Source: Octopus vulgaris (lineage: Eukaryota). From it: DNA of 64,000 nt. Location: NCBI GenBank assembly GCA_951406725.2, contig OX597825.1:60326001-60390000 (forward strand), given 5' to 3'. This document shows, one piece after another, positions 12,958 through 25,487 of the stretch (its first letter is position 1; every line of letters starts with the position of its first letter). The notes under the pieces are model-generated. The model was not told the origin of the DNA and made no database searches. It saw only the letters and a list, made by a program, of their open reading frames with translations. Made by a program: the position numbers and the translations under genes.

Positions 12958-15329
12958 ATATGCTTGCGTGCATAGGCAGTGCATGTTATTGTATGTGAAA
13001 AAAATGTTTACACACACGTAAACACACACATACACACACAAACACACACACGGACGGATACACACACACACACATATGTTTCTATGCATTTTCATGAATG
13101 ACATTTTATCTCGATGCAATATTTACTCTAAACTGTTACAATAAACATGCAGTTTCTCTGTATTGAAAACATGTGCAGTGAACATGCGCACGCTGCGTGA
13201 CAAACTGAATGCGACCAATAATTTATCTGAAAACCAAAAACGATATCTAAAGAATTATATCTGAATATGGTACTGTTTTCATAGAATCTTGCTTTTCATG
13301 GAATTCTGCCTTTCTCATCATCTGCTTTTCAATAACGATTTAAATCTTGTTGATAGAATGAATATATGAAAGCAATGTACAGATAACCACACATATATAA
13401 ATAGATGTGCAAATAAATATGCATATATATCTATACAAACATATCTATCTATACATACATATAAACATGGATGCATACATACGTACATGGAAACATACAT
13501 ACATACAAACATATATACATACGTACGTACATGCAAACATACATGCATGTGTATGTTTGTGTGACGTATATATATATATATATATACATGCATTCATTGT
13601 AAATGTACGTAAAGATATTGGAAAATGTATAAAAATTATTACTCTCATACACCCATATCGATACATAAAGACGCAAAGAAAGAACTAAAGATGTGTAAGT
13701 AATCGGATGAACTGCTTTCAGTTTACCTGGCTTTTAGGAAAATACAACGTTCGAAGGGTTGTTGCACGTGATGAAAAATTTTCTATTCAGAAGATAAATT
13801 TTCGCATTACATGTTCAATGTAACAGAAATAAGGATTCTTTCAATCAGTCAGACACCCTACAGTGTGAATAGAAATCTCTAAACATTGAAATACTCAGGT
13901 CCTGAAAAATCACATACGCTTACTTAAAATATCGATCTCTTAATGACGAACTGCACTCATCAGCGTCTAAAACTATTTGTACTAAAAATGATCATAATAA
14001 TTTTAAATAACAAGAAAATCTGAAGTTTCGTTTTTCTATCATCTTAATAGACATGCCATCGAACAGTTTAGAAATAATCCTTTTCCTCATTGTTAACTTT
14101 CACACACCTTCCTAGCCATATCATGCAGTCACACCATTCCTCTCCGATGCCAAACTACTCATGAACTTGAAACTAAATATAACTGGCGGTTTTTTCAACG
14201 AAAAATGAACCCCATAATAGCAATGAAATCACAAGATACAATTTCTAATTTTTAACGTCGATCCTCTTATTACAGAATATACCCACTTATAAAAAGTATT
14301 CAGAGATTAAATAAACAATGTAATACACTGATTATCAACCTACTACACATCAGGGTATGCGGGTAATTTGAAAATATATAGTTACGAGTTGCACTTTGAC
14401 AAGGCGTTGCACCCATTCAGCCACCCTGCCAGTTACACGGCAAGATCATGTGAGTAGAGTATAGCGTATTTTGAAGAGGTAGTGGAAAAGCTCAACTGAG
14501 CCAACTGTGTTTCTTATAACGATGCTGAGTGGAAGAATCCCAGAAGATCAAAGCTCAGGATCACCAAGCTCTATCAACAAAGTAACTGCAACGCATCCCT
14601 AAGGGTTGGCGTCCGTGATTGTGTAATCAGCTCCTGGAAGATTCAGCATGACGCAAAACCCCAATAAAAATTCATAATAATGGGATTGGATGGCGACAGA
14701 GTCATAGGGATCCACGAAAGCTGCGAAAAAAACTCACTAAAATTTGCAATTCATGATTAGGTTACTGAAATAATCTCTTTTCTCGCAAAATCTTTGTATT
14801 GTCGAAAATATACATTCTCAATCGCTTTGTGATGACATTCCACTCACATGGCCATCCTACTTCAATTCAACACTGCTGCACAACTTCAAAGTTAAATCAA
14901 TACACTATAATGTTGATTTGAAACAATATTTCGGAAATTTTTCGTATTAACAACACATAAATAAAAGCGAAAGCGATGAAAATAATATTATATATCTGTC
15001 CATGAACAGACATGTCATTATAATTCTTGATTTCAAATTATTTGAACTTATGAACATATATTTAAATTTTTTCATATAAATACATGTTAAAAATCGGATC
15101 CCTGACAGGAATAGGTCGCTGGTGATACCCATAGCCTAAATGTAAGAGAAAAAAAGTTGGACTACGTAGACCTCCGAAGGGCTGTCTATGTATATACAGA
15201 CTAAAGAATTTCAACTATAGAGCATTGTTCAGCTCAGATTTATAGCAAAAATTTCTTGTCCAAGATGTCACGTTGTTGGAGTAAGTGCGGTGCTTGTCAT
15301 CCGAAACGATTATTTTCACCTTCCATCTT

Positions 15330-15651
15330 TAATTTATTCGCTATTAGACTGCAGCCATACTCGTGCACCGTTTTGAAGTGCTGTAGTCGAAGGAGCCGAC
15401 CTCAGTACTTACTATATTGCTCTCTTATGCTGAATGGTTAATTTACGCAGACGTAAAGAATCCAAAACCTGTTGTCAAGGAGTAGTAGAAGAAAAACACG
15501 ATTACAAAGACACAGACAAACACACACACACATACATACATACATATATATATATATATGTATATTTAAAAGTATAACTATATATACATATGTATAAACA
15601 GCCATCTTTCTATCTATCTACCTATACATACACAGACACACACACACACAC

Positions 15652-15691
<40 letters not shown>

Positions 15692-15850
15692 TGTTGTGTT
15701 TTTTAGTTTCCGTCCACACACGAGAAACAAGGATCTGGTCGGGCCGCAGCTATGGTAGAAGACACCTGTCCAAGGTACCACTCAGCGGAACAGAACCTGG
15801 AACCATGTGTTTGGGAAACAAAGGTTTTACGACCAGCCACGCTCGTGCCT
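15330..15850 (-). mobile_element. Degraded SINE family B (internal microsatellite type)
   Basis: Same blocks as 43275-43731: gactgcagccatac.cg.gcaccg, gttgtcaag, (CA)/(TA) tract, gctatggtagaagacacctgtccaagg. Confidence 0.7.
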
Positions 15851-16127
15851 CAATATATTCATTTATCCTGAAGTTTATAGTAGGAATTGCAAAAGATGTT
15901 TTCTCCGATGCGATCGGAGAAATAAAATTTTTATAATTTAATTTGTAGTCAAAGGATCATATTTCAATATTAGGTATTATATGAAGCAGAATCGTCTAAC
16001 AAACCCATTAGATGTAGAAGAGTGTGTGCATGTGTGATCTTTTCCATCGAAAATTGCTTTTTATATAACTAATATCAATTTATATTAATAATATTGGTTA
16101 TTAATTCGTAGTTCATATATATATGTA

Positions 16128-16231
<104 letters not shown>

Positions 16232-17530
16232 CGGATATATATATATGTATGTATGTATGTATACATACATATATACGCATCTATAAGAATATATATATAT
16301 GTAAATACATAGACATATATACATACATATATTTATGTACATATATATACATATATGCATATGTATATATATAAACATACACGCACATACATATATATAT
16401 ATATATGCAAGCGTGAACAATATATGTACATGTACGTATATATAACCTACAGTTTATTTTGAGAAAATCCAACGAAACGCATTGGGAGACGTTGAAAATG
16501 TTATAACTCTACATATGCGGAGATTTATACATGGAATACCCTTTTTAGGTTCTCGCCTAATTTTGATTTCGAAAAATATACTAAAGATATAATAATCATG
16601 GAACTGCTTGTCACAGCGTTGTCCCGATGTCTCCACCTTCCTCATCGAAAATCAGAACGACATACCGTAGCAGCATAAATGTCAATGTGCCACTACGTTT
16701 ACAAAACTTGCAAAAGAAACTAATAAATCTACATGAGCTGGTTATAGCTGAGTTCAAGAATCATCATGACAATCTATTATGTGCGATTGCTCACGAATCA
16801 ACCAACGTCAGGGCAAGAAAAGCAGGTAAGAGCAGAGGGGCACCAAACTTATTCACCTGCATCTAAGTACAGTAGAAGCGCCAGTTACATAGGCATTGCT
16901 ATGGCAAGTCATTTCCCTGTGACTGGAACTGTTAATACAAAAAACAATGAAAGAAAATTCTATAATGGAACTGTTTCAACAAATCTTCCTATATATGCAT
17001 GAATTGAAATTTCAAATTACCTGAATTTTCTACAAAAATAATCAACTCTGAACTAAAATGATATTCGCAAGTATCCCAAATTCTACGAACGTTGAAGGCA
17101 GAAAATTAAGCGAAAATGTGTCCGATGAAATGAATAAGTAAAGATGTTATGAATTACCTCAAACCACTCTATTTTTCATAATTAAGGAGAAGAAATTGAA
17201 TTGATACCTGGCAAAGTACCCTTGCTATAAGAGAAACATTCACAACACAAACACACATGCAAAACTATATACATACGTGTATATATATATGGATGTATAT
17301 ATATATATATATTTGTGTGTGTTTATGTATGTATGTATGTATGTATGTAAATATATATATATATATATATATACGTATAATAAGTGATGACCACTAAGTG
17401 GACATCCAATATGCTAGAAGAAGATCACCTACGATCTAACCACAAATAAAAGAATGTTCTCTAGAGAAATTCAGCAAACACCAGAACATAAGCGGGTAAG
17501 ACAGACGAAAATTTACAAAAATAATGAATT

Positions 17531-17600
17531 AATCGTAGACCGATTTCGTCATTAACGATTTTACTTACGCAACATCGTCCGTGGCCTCCTCAGTACGACC
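17531..17600 (-). ncRNA. Minimal type I hammerhead ribozyme, GUC cleavage site
   Basis: Minus strand: ggucgua-CUGAGGA-G-[long helix II capped by GUAA]-GAAA-ucgg-UC-uacgauu; 7-bp helix I (two GU pairs), intact core, near-palindromic helix III AUCGGU. Confidence 0.72.
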
Positions 17601-17829
17601 GTTCTAATTCAATATAACAGCAGAACTATATACGAGTTGTCCTTATAAAATTAGACGTATGTACATTTCTACCAGTTACATTGGGTTATTTTCAAACGTC
17701 TCAGTTCTGGCGCGCTAAATCCCGGAAAGAATTCTGCAGAAGAAAATTCACTACAGTTAATGTTGCCGGTTAGAGAACATCATATTCAATTTATCACACT
17801 CATTATTTAAATTATATATATATATATAT

Positions 17830-18040
17830 TTGTCAAATTGAGAGAAAAAAAAGACAGGTGAAGTAAGAAAGAAGCAGGTGTATGAGTTTAATTCTCAGGA
17901 ACAATAGAAGAGTCTGAAGTTTCGCACCTACGCTTTTCGACAGAAAAGATTCAGAACAAAGAACTGGAGAGAGTGAAAAAAACAAGATGGAGAGAGAAGA
18001 AATGTGTAGGATTTAATGATTCAACATGATGAAATGGCCG
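17830..18040 (-). mobile_element. Diverged second copy of the 8252-8410 repeat (CUGUCGA core)
   Basis: Minus 17950-17911 reads aucuuuu-CUGUCGA-A-aagc-guag-gugc-GAAAC-uucagacu; shares the gacaggtg and ctcaggaa flanks with 8252-8410. Confidence 0.55.
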
Positions 18041-18877
18041 GAAGAAAGAGACACACACACACACACTCATACATACAGACATACATAAATATATATATAT
18101 ACATGTATATGTGTGTACACACACACGATCATATATACATGTACATATATCTATGTGTGTGAGTGTGCGTGTGTTTAAAAGATAGAAACTTAGCCGGTTT
18201 GTATCTCTAGATATCTCAAACATATGATTAATTGCTTCATCCCAATAATTGCTGTATTGACACTCCATATACGAAGATGAACAGATAATGAATGCAATTG
18301 GACAGTATCGATCATGGTTAAATTTTACTGAAATTATATAACAAATCCATGAGAAAATTACAATTTATTGAAACTGCATTAGCAATTTACAATCGATTAT
18401 TTGATTAACCGATAAGACTTAGCAAGAAATGAACGTGAAATACATTCTAAATCTAGTATTAATTCATATGATTTGATTATTTGTCTATGATTGATTGTAA
18501 ATTTTAAAAAATATATATAATTATTGAAACTTTTAATATTTAGCAATTTAAATGCAAGCTTTATAGGTTTTGATGATATCAGCAATGAAAGTTCAAATAT
18601 TAGCATACAGCAATATTTGTAAAATGGAATTCACCAGGTTTTTTCCTAAATAATCTATAAAAATTACAATTTTTGCAACACCATTTTACAAAATGAGAAT
18701 ACTAATATACATGCATACATACATACATACACACATATATATATATATATATACATACATACATACATACATACATACATACATACATACATAATATAGA
18801 CGCACATACACATACAAACAAACAAAATATATATACATGCATACATATGTACACACACACACATAAACATATATATG

Positions 18878-18927
<50 letters not shown>

Positions 18928-19187
18928 TGTATGTGTATATGTGCATGTACATGTGTGTGTGTGTATGTGTATATTTGCATGTGTGTGTTTGTGTCTAGTG
19001 ATATATATTTATTATAAAATATTCAGATACTTTGAGAGGTGTGCATATTTATTTTTCACAAAAGCTTTTTAAAATTCAGAATGTTAACTAATATTTAATA
19101 AACTTTATGGCATTCGTTAATTCACTGCATCAATATCAGATACATTGAAGAAAGATTGGAAACTCAAGTGCATATCATCATTTACAC

Positions 19188-19220
19188 CAGTGGTTCCCAA
19201 ACTTTTCGGGCTGCGACCCC
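19188..19220 (+). mobile_element. hAT-type terminal sequence (orphan end)
   Basis: CAGTGGTTCCCAAACTTTT followed by gcgacccc is typical of hAT (Charlie-like) termini; no partner end seen. Confidence 0.5.
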
Positions 19221-20941
19221 ATTGACAACTTCAGAATATAACCAATATCTGTCAAAGCGACAACTGTTGATAAAAGACAGATACAGCAGTGGCAAAAGAC
19301 CGTTTTACATCAGTGGCAATGAGGAAAATTTTACGTGGAGTGGGAAAAAATAATTCATTTGGAGGCTAAACTAATTCACGTGAAAAATTAAATACCTCGA
19401 GAAAAAAGAAACAGAAATTATGTGCAAAGAAACAAAAATCGTAAAATACGGAAGACTTGTTAGCTGGGTAAGTGGGGTTGCAAAAACAGCAACAACAAAG
19501 ATTGCAGCAGCAAATGGTATACATAATGAAGTTGATAACCAACCCGGAAAATACATTTTCACCTAACCATGTAGCAAGTTCCATAAGCGAATTCAAATAT
19601 CTTTCGAGGCTTATATTCGAAGATTTCAACAAAATTTTTTTTTAAAAATGTAAAGATTCGATGAACGAAATGAAAACGGGTCTAGTGTTAAGAAAACTAG
19701 GAACAGCAGAGCATGAGAAGTATAGTAACTTCATATTGCCAAATAAAAAAAAACGTCCGACATAAATTTCACCGACACAGTTGACATTTTGTGCAAAATA
19801 TTTAGAGAAAAGAGCTCACTATTTAATACAAGATGGAAATGTTTAAACATAGAAGAGGGCGAAGCGAAGAATTCACTACTTACACAGGCAGAGTCAACAA
19901 AGAATGTGAGAGATTTTAGGCTAGATATGATTACTCCAGATTCTTTCATGTGTTTGAGTTTTGTACAAGGATTGACAGACACAAGGGATGAAGAAATCCG
20001 AACGAAAACTCAATCAAAATTGGAAATAAACGAGGATTTGACATTGCAGAAACTGTCGGAAGAGTGTGACTGGATATTAAAATTAAGGCATGACACGGAA
20101 GAAATTCAAGTGAAAGTGTTTCCACATAAGACCAGAAAAGCAAAGTCGGAAGACAAACAACGTGTTGCAGGAAAAACAGAAAAAAATATCAGGATGTAGA
20201 CCTATGTATGGCATGTGGTGGGATGGACCTAAAAAAGATTGTCTGTATAAAAAATGCAAAGTGATTTTTGCTGCGGGTTTACAGAACATACGAAATCGCA
20301 TTGCAAAATTAGAATGATAGGAAAATGGATCAAGGAAGAAAAAATAGTTTTTCAGTTGGAAAATGTGATTGTATAACAAACAGGAAATTCTTGAATGTGG
20401 GAATTGAAAACATTAGTATCAGAATGCAATTAGACACGAGAAGTGACATCATAATCATAAAGGACAAAAACATGGGAATAAATGGGTAAACTAAAATTAT
20501 GTAGTTCAAACAAAATAGCGTGCGGTGTTACGGTAAGAAAATTATATTTCACGAGCGAACGCGTTTGTAATATAATGTTCAAAGGTCGAACCAAAAAAAG
20601 GGAATGTTTATGTGTTGAAAAAATCCATGAATTTATTAGGTACCGAACATATGGAGAGATTTAATTTATGGGATACACCCATAAGCGCGTTGTGCAATAG
20701 CGTAAACAAGCAGTCAAACGATCGAACGACGTCGATGAACTGAAAAAAAATTATGTGGAACATCATGCGTGATTTGGGAGAAATAAAATGAAATGCGAGA
20801 AATGGCAAATTCATTAATGAGACAAAAAGAAACCTGAAGTCGACAGAAGGAAATAAAAGGTCTGATGCGAAGAACCGCCAATATATTAGCGTATACTCTA
20901 TATGTGATGGTGTAGTAATATTATACGGTAGTCATACCATA

Positions 20942-21270
20942 TTCATAGCGGTTGGGAGGCAGTCGCCGGCAACCGTGGAGAATGGCGACGTACAGTAAAA
21001 GAGGGTATACAGAGGAGTGACAGAAAGAGAGAGGAGAAATGGAAAGAATGGAAGAGACATTAACAAGAGACCATGGCACTACAACCAGCCAGGAACATTC
21101 TTCGCTACACTTGCAGTACCTGCCAGAGGGAGTGTTTGTCCAGGATAGGACTACACAGCCACAGCAAGAAATGTAACAGGAAATAAAATATAACAGCCGG
21201 ACTAGACCTAGAAAAAAAAAAATGCGCAACTCCATTGTCTCCCGAGACAGAAAGGATGCCAATACAATAC
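20942..21270 (+). mobile_element. 5'-truncated RTE-clade LINE nested in the Gypsy integrase, 12-bp TSD
   Basis: GWEAVAGNRGEWRRTVKEG...YTCSTCQRECLSRIGLHSHSKKC* is the RTE C-terminus; (aatac)2 tail; TSD agtcataccata at 20930-20941 and 21271-21282. Confidence 0.9.
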
Positions 21271-22315
21271 AGTCATACCATAGATATTACAGGAGAGAAT
21301 GACAAAAGAGTTGCATGTGGGACACCCAGGCATCTTGAGAATGAAAGTGCTGAGGCAAAGTTTCGTAAACTGCCCAAGCATGCAAAAGGATGTTGAAAAC
21401 CTGGTACAAGGCCGCAGAGGATATGCACTGCCAGCAAATCAACCTACTACAAAATGTGAACCTTGACCAGAAGTGAAAATAACATGGTCCGAGATGCATA
21501 TTGATTTTGTAGGCCCGGTAAATGGATAGTATTACTTAATAGTAGAAGACAGCTACACAAAATGGCCTGAGGTCACGAGGTGTAAACGTCCAATCTATCA
21601 TACGGTAATAAACTTCTTAAATGAGCTATTCGCAAGATTTGGTGTACCGGATATAATTGTCTCTGATAACAGAACACATTTTGTATCCTGTGAGTTTAAA
21701 AGATTTTGTGAGATGTTGACGTTAGAACATAAAATGTATAGCACCGTATCACCCTAGATCGAATGGAAGGGCCGAATGGTTCGTGGGCACTTGTAAGAAA
21801 GTAAGTAAGGAAGCCACGGAAAAGGACGTGATCAAACAATTTTTATGGGTATACAGAATGAAATTCACTAGCATAATTAATGTACACCTGAAAGGTGAAA
21901 TCAGTATCCGATAAACTGTTACCAGTGAAGAAAAAACTACGTGCTAGTATACCAAAATTATTTAGAATCGGTGATAAGTTAAGAATGTATAAAAAAGGCA
22001 AGCAATACTGGGAACAAGGAGAAATTGTAACATACATAGGAAGAATGATGTGTTGTAAGAAGCAGAAATAGAATAGGAAGGAGAAATAAAAATCATCTTA
22101 AGGACAGAGTCATAGAAAAGGAACCAACAAGAGTATAAATCCGATGAATTGGCTGACACTTTTCAGGTTCTATTACCGTAACAAGAAGTCGAAAGAAAAG
22201 GAAGAATACTGAATTCCTAAAAGATGACCCTAAAAAGAAAAGATATTGAGTATATATGAACAAAAAGGAGGAGGTAGGGTGAATAAAAGAAATTAAAATA
22301 AATTAAAAAGGCAGA

Positions 22316-22614
22316 TGTTCCATAGTGAACCTGTACGCCCTTCCCGGTCGATAGGAAAACGTTGAGAAAGTCGAAGGTCGAGAATACGTATAGACTGTGT
22401 TGGTAGTCGCATCTTTGATGAAATAGCAATTATACTTTGATACTGAGTAGACGTTATATCGATCCAACATTTTGAGGGTAATGTACAACTGAGGGTCGTA
22501 TAGTACCAGATAGAACCATTCTATGGACGACTTCAGAATATAACTAATATATGTCAGAGCGATAACTGTTATTAAAAGACATATACAACAGTGGTAAAAG
22601 ACCGTTTTACAACA
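22316..22614 (+). repeat. 3' LTR (TGTT...AACA, about 299 bp)
   Basis: Follows the purine tract aaaaaggcaga; its last 92 nt align to 19221-19312 with 12 mismatches by eye. Confidence 0.85.
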
Positions 22615-23170
22615 GTATGTATGTACGTATGCATGTATGTTAGCTTCAAACATAACTTTCAGTCCGGTTACGTGTGTAGTCAAAAAACATTGTATGCATA
22701 TACGCTTATACATATATGTATATGTGTGTGTGTGTGTGTGTGTGTTTATGTGTGTATGTATATATATACCCGTTTAATTTCCTGTGAAAAACAGGCAATG
22801 CATTTATGCCTTTCCTTAAGATACGTTTCTACAAACACACAAATTTGGAGACTTACTTCACGCACAAGCAAGGATATACACACATTTATATAGAATCACT
22901 GATATTATAAGTCAAATATCTCATACCACTATACGTTTGTTTACATGCTGCTTCTAAGTGTTGATTTCAATTTCTTATGATTACGCACATATATACGTAT
23001 ACATAGATATCTGTGTGTGTATATGTGTACATCTGTATACAATTGTATGTGCGTATGCATGTACTTAATGATATAAACGCGAACGTCTGTACATATATGT
23101 GTGTGTGAGTATGTGTATATATATATATATACTCGTATATATATATGTTCACATATACATACATATCAAT

Positions 23171-23243
<73 letters not shown>

Positions 23244-24167
23244 TGCACTCGTATATACATATATTCATGCATATATATGTGTCTTTGTGAAATATTTGTA
23301 AACGTATTTGTGCATGAATCTTCGTGTGCTTGAAAATATTTCCATGTGTTTGTTTCTACACATGCTTGTCTATATATAAGAACCATATCTCTGCGCGTGT
23401 GTGCTGTTTGCATATTTACATACTTCGTACGATCATGATTTTATATTTGCTTCTATAAGAACTTTCGAGAAGAGCGATTCATCTTTCAAACAAAATATTT
23501 TCCAAAGTGCACATGAAAGGTCTTAGTTTGTTCATATTTTATTTTGCAGATCTCTCATTCTATTTTTTTCTTCTTTTTACCGAAGTCTTCTAAACTTATT
23601 TCGTCGTCAATCCTATTTTAGATATGTTATTTGCATGGAAAAGAAAGAAATGAAAAAGATTAGCCTTTTGAAAATAAAAATCTTTAAAAAATTACACAGA
23701 GTAGAAGAATTTTTTTCCCCTAGTTTCTCCGATATGCTTGTTTATATGGAAATATGTTGCAGTACTCAATTGAATTTAGAGATAAGATTGAAAATAGCAA
23801 TTTTGTTTTCGAATGTGTTATATGAGTCAGAAACTTGCAAGTACTTTCCTCTTCATAACTAAATTGAGGAATTTTTGTTTAATTATTTATATGTTATAAT
23901 TTGCTTTACATTTGTATTTTCCTTCGCTTATAATCTTTTTCATAATGATTCGCCAATTCTTCCAGCAGAAGCAGCAACACTAACAGTAGTAGCAACAATA
24001 GAAGCAGTACCAGCAGCAGCATATTATGTACTCTGTGTGGCCTTTGTTGATATTCAGATACAGCAGAATATTTCTATAAGTCCCAAACAGGTAAAATTCA
24101 TATGTATATATGTGCACGTAAGTATGTATGTACTTAACCATGTATCAATGCATGTATATATAAATAC

Positions 24168-24208
<41 letters not shown>

Positions 24209-24405
24209 TCGTTTCAGTCTAAGGACTGTACCGATGCTGGTTCTTCGCCTTGAGGGTTTCAGTTGTACAAATGAACATTTTTTTTTTAAACATCATTCTT
24301 ATTATGCAGGTCTCTTACGCTGAACTTTTATTATGTTGCATGTTTGCATGTATAAGTGGTGTAGTGCACAAGGGCATACACACAGTTCCCTATAAATATA
24401 AACTT

Positions 24406-24475
<70 letters not shown>

Positions 24476-24482
24476 TTGGTGG

Positions 24483-24774
24483 GTATATAAATTTTATAAA
24501 AAAGAAGTTAGAAAACTCCACTATATAAGATAAATTTTAATTTTCTGAGAGATTTTACATGTTTGAAACAACGAACCTTATCAAAAATATTTAAAAAAGT
24601 TAAGTGTAATAAAATAGTTCATAATTGTTTCTTGCTAGTCTCAACAGAGTCTAACTTTTAAAAATATTTTTGATAAGGTTCGTTTTTTCAAGAAGAACCG
24701 AAACATGTAAAATCTCTAATAAAATTACAATTTATCTTATATAGTGGCTAAAACATTTTTTTAAGGATTTATAT

Positions 24775-24776
<2 letters not shown>
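24483..24776. repeat. Long palindrome between (TA)n tracts; right arm contains a U3-A8 hammerhead-like fold
   Basis: Arms about 24483-24603 and 24651-24776 are reverse complements (ccactatataagataaatt / aatttatcttatatagtgg; gaaccttatcaaaaatattt / aaatatttttgataaggttc). Confidence 0.9.
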
Positions 24777-24824
<48 letters not shown>

Positions 24825-24926
24825 GTTGTATTTCCGGATGGTCACATTTTTCGTTTTTTGGGGGGCAATAAACACACATACATACATATTTATATATACA
24901 CAAACAAACACATTTACATTCACATG

Positions 24927-24959
<33 letters not shown>

Positions 24960-24989
24960 CTATATCAGCTATCAGAATGTGTAAAAAAT

Positions 24990-25444
24990 AATAATTATGC
25001 GTAACGTTACATTAAATAATAAGTTCCGGAACTTGAACAGACACGCAACAAAGGAAAAAAACAGAAAATCGACACGCAAGACGGGTCGTTGCGAATTGCT
25101 CGTCAGTTACTCTCCAAAAGATCCTTACAATTTCACGTGTCTAACGATAATATTATTCACTGTTGATGGCGTCAGCAGCAAGAAGCTGGTTGGAATAACG
25201 AAAGAACAGGGGACAGTGGCAGAAACGAGCACGAGAAAATGTGAACACACGAGATAAATTAAACAATGCTATGACACTTCTACTACTTTGGTTTCAACAT
25301 TCGACTTAATTTCACGCAACCCTACAGCAGTAAATCACGAGTCACCATAACAAAATACTACTACCATTATGACATGTCAGAATTCACTTCGACAGTCTGC
25401 TGCTGCTGCTGCTACTGCTGCTGCTGCTACTGCTGCTGCTGCTG

Positions 25445-25487
<43 letters not shown>

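Larger units (their letters stand above)
19221..22614 (+). mobile_element. Gypsy (Mag-like) LTR retrotransposon, decayed, lacking RT/RNaseH
   Basis: 5' LTR remnant 19221-19312; PBS-like tggcaatgagg 19314-19324; gag (LRKLGTAEHEKYSNFILP, EKSSLFNTRWKCLN, LTLQKLSEEC); protease MQLDTRSDII near 20425; integrase (ELHVGHPG, HIDFVGP, DSYTKWPEV, FARFGVPDIIVSDN, YHPRSNGRAE); purine tract then 3' LTR. Confidence 0.92.

Noticed and set aside
14345-14740. Possible Tc1-like remnant (also a mariner-like stretch at 29300-29560 and a GIY-YIG-like stretch at 41660-41925)
   Set aside because: Only vague motif similarity by eye; cannot be supported without a profile search
16627-17002. Non-repetitive ORFs of 78-79 aa
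   Set aside because: No recognisable domain or consistent splice structure; this length is expected by chance
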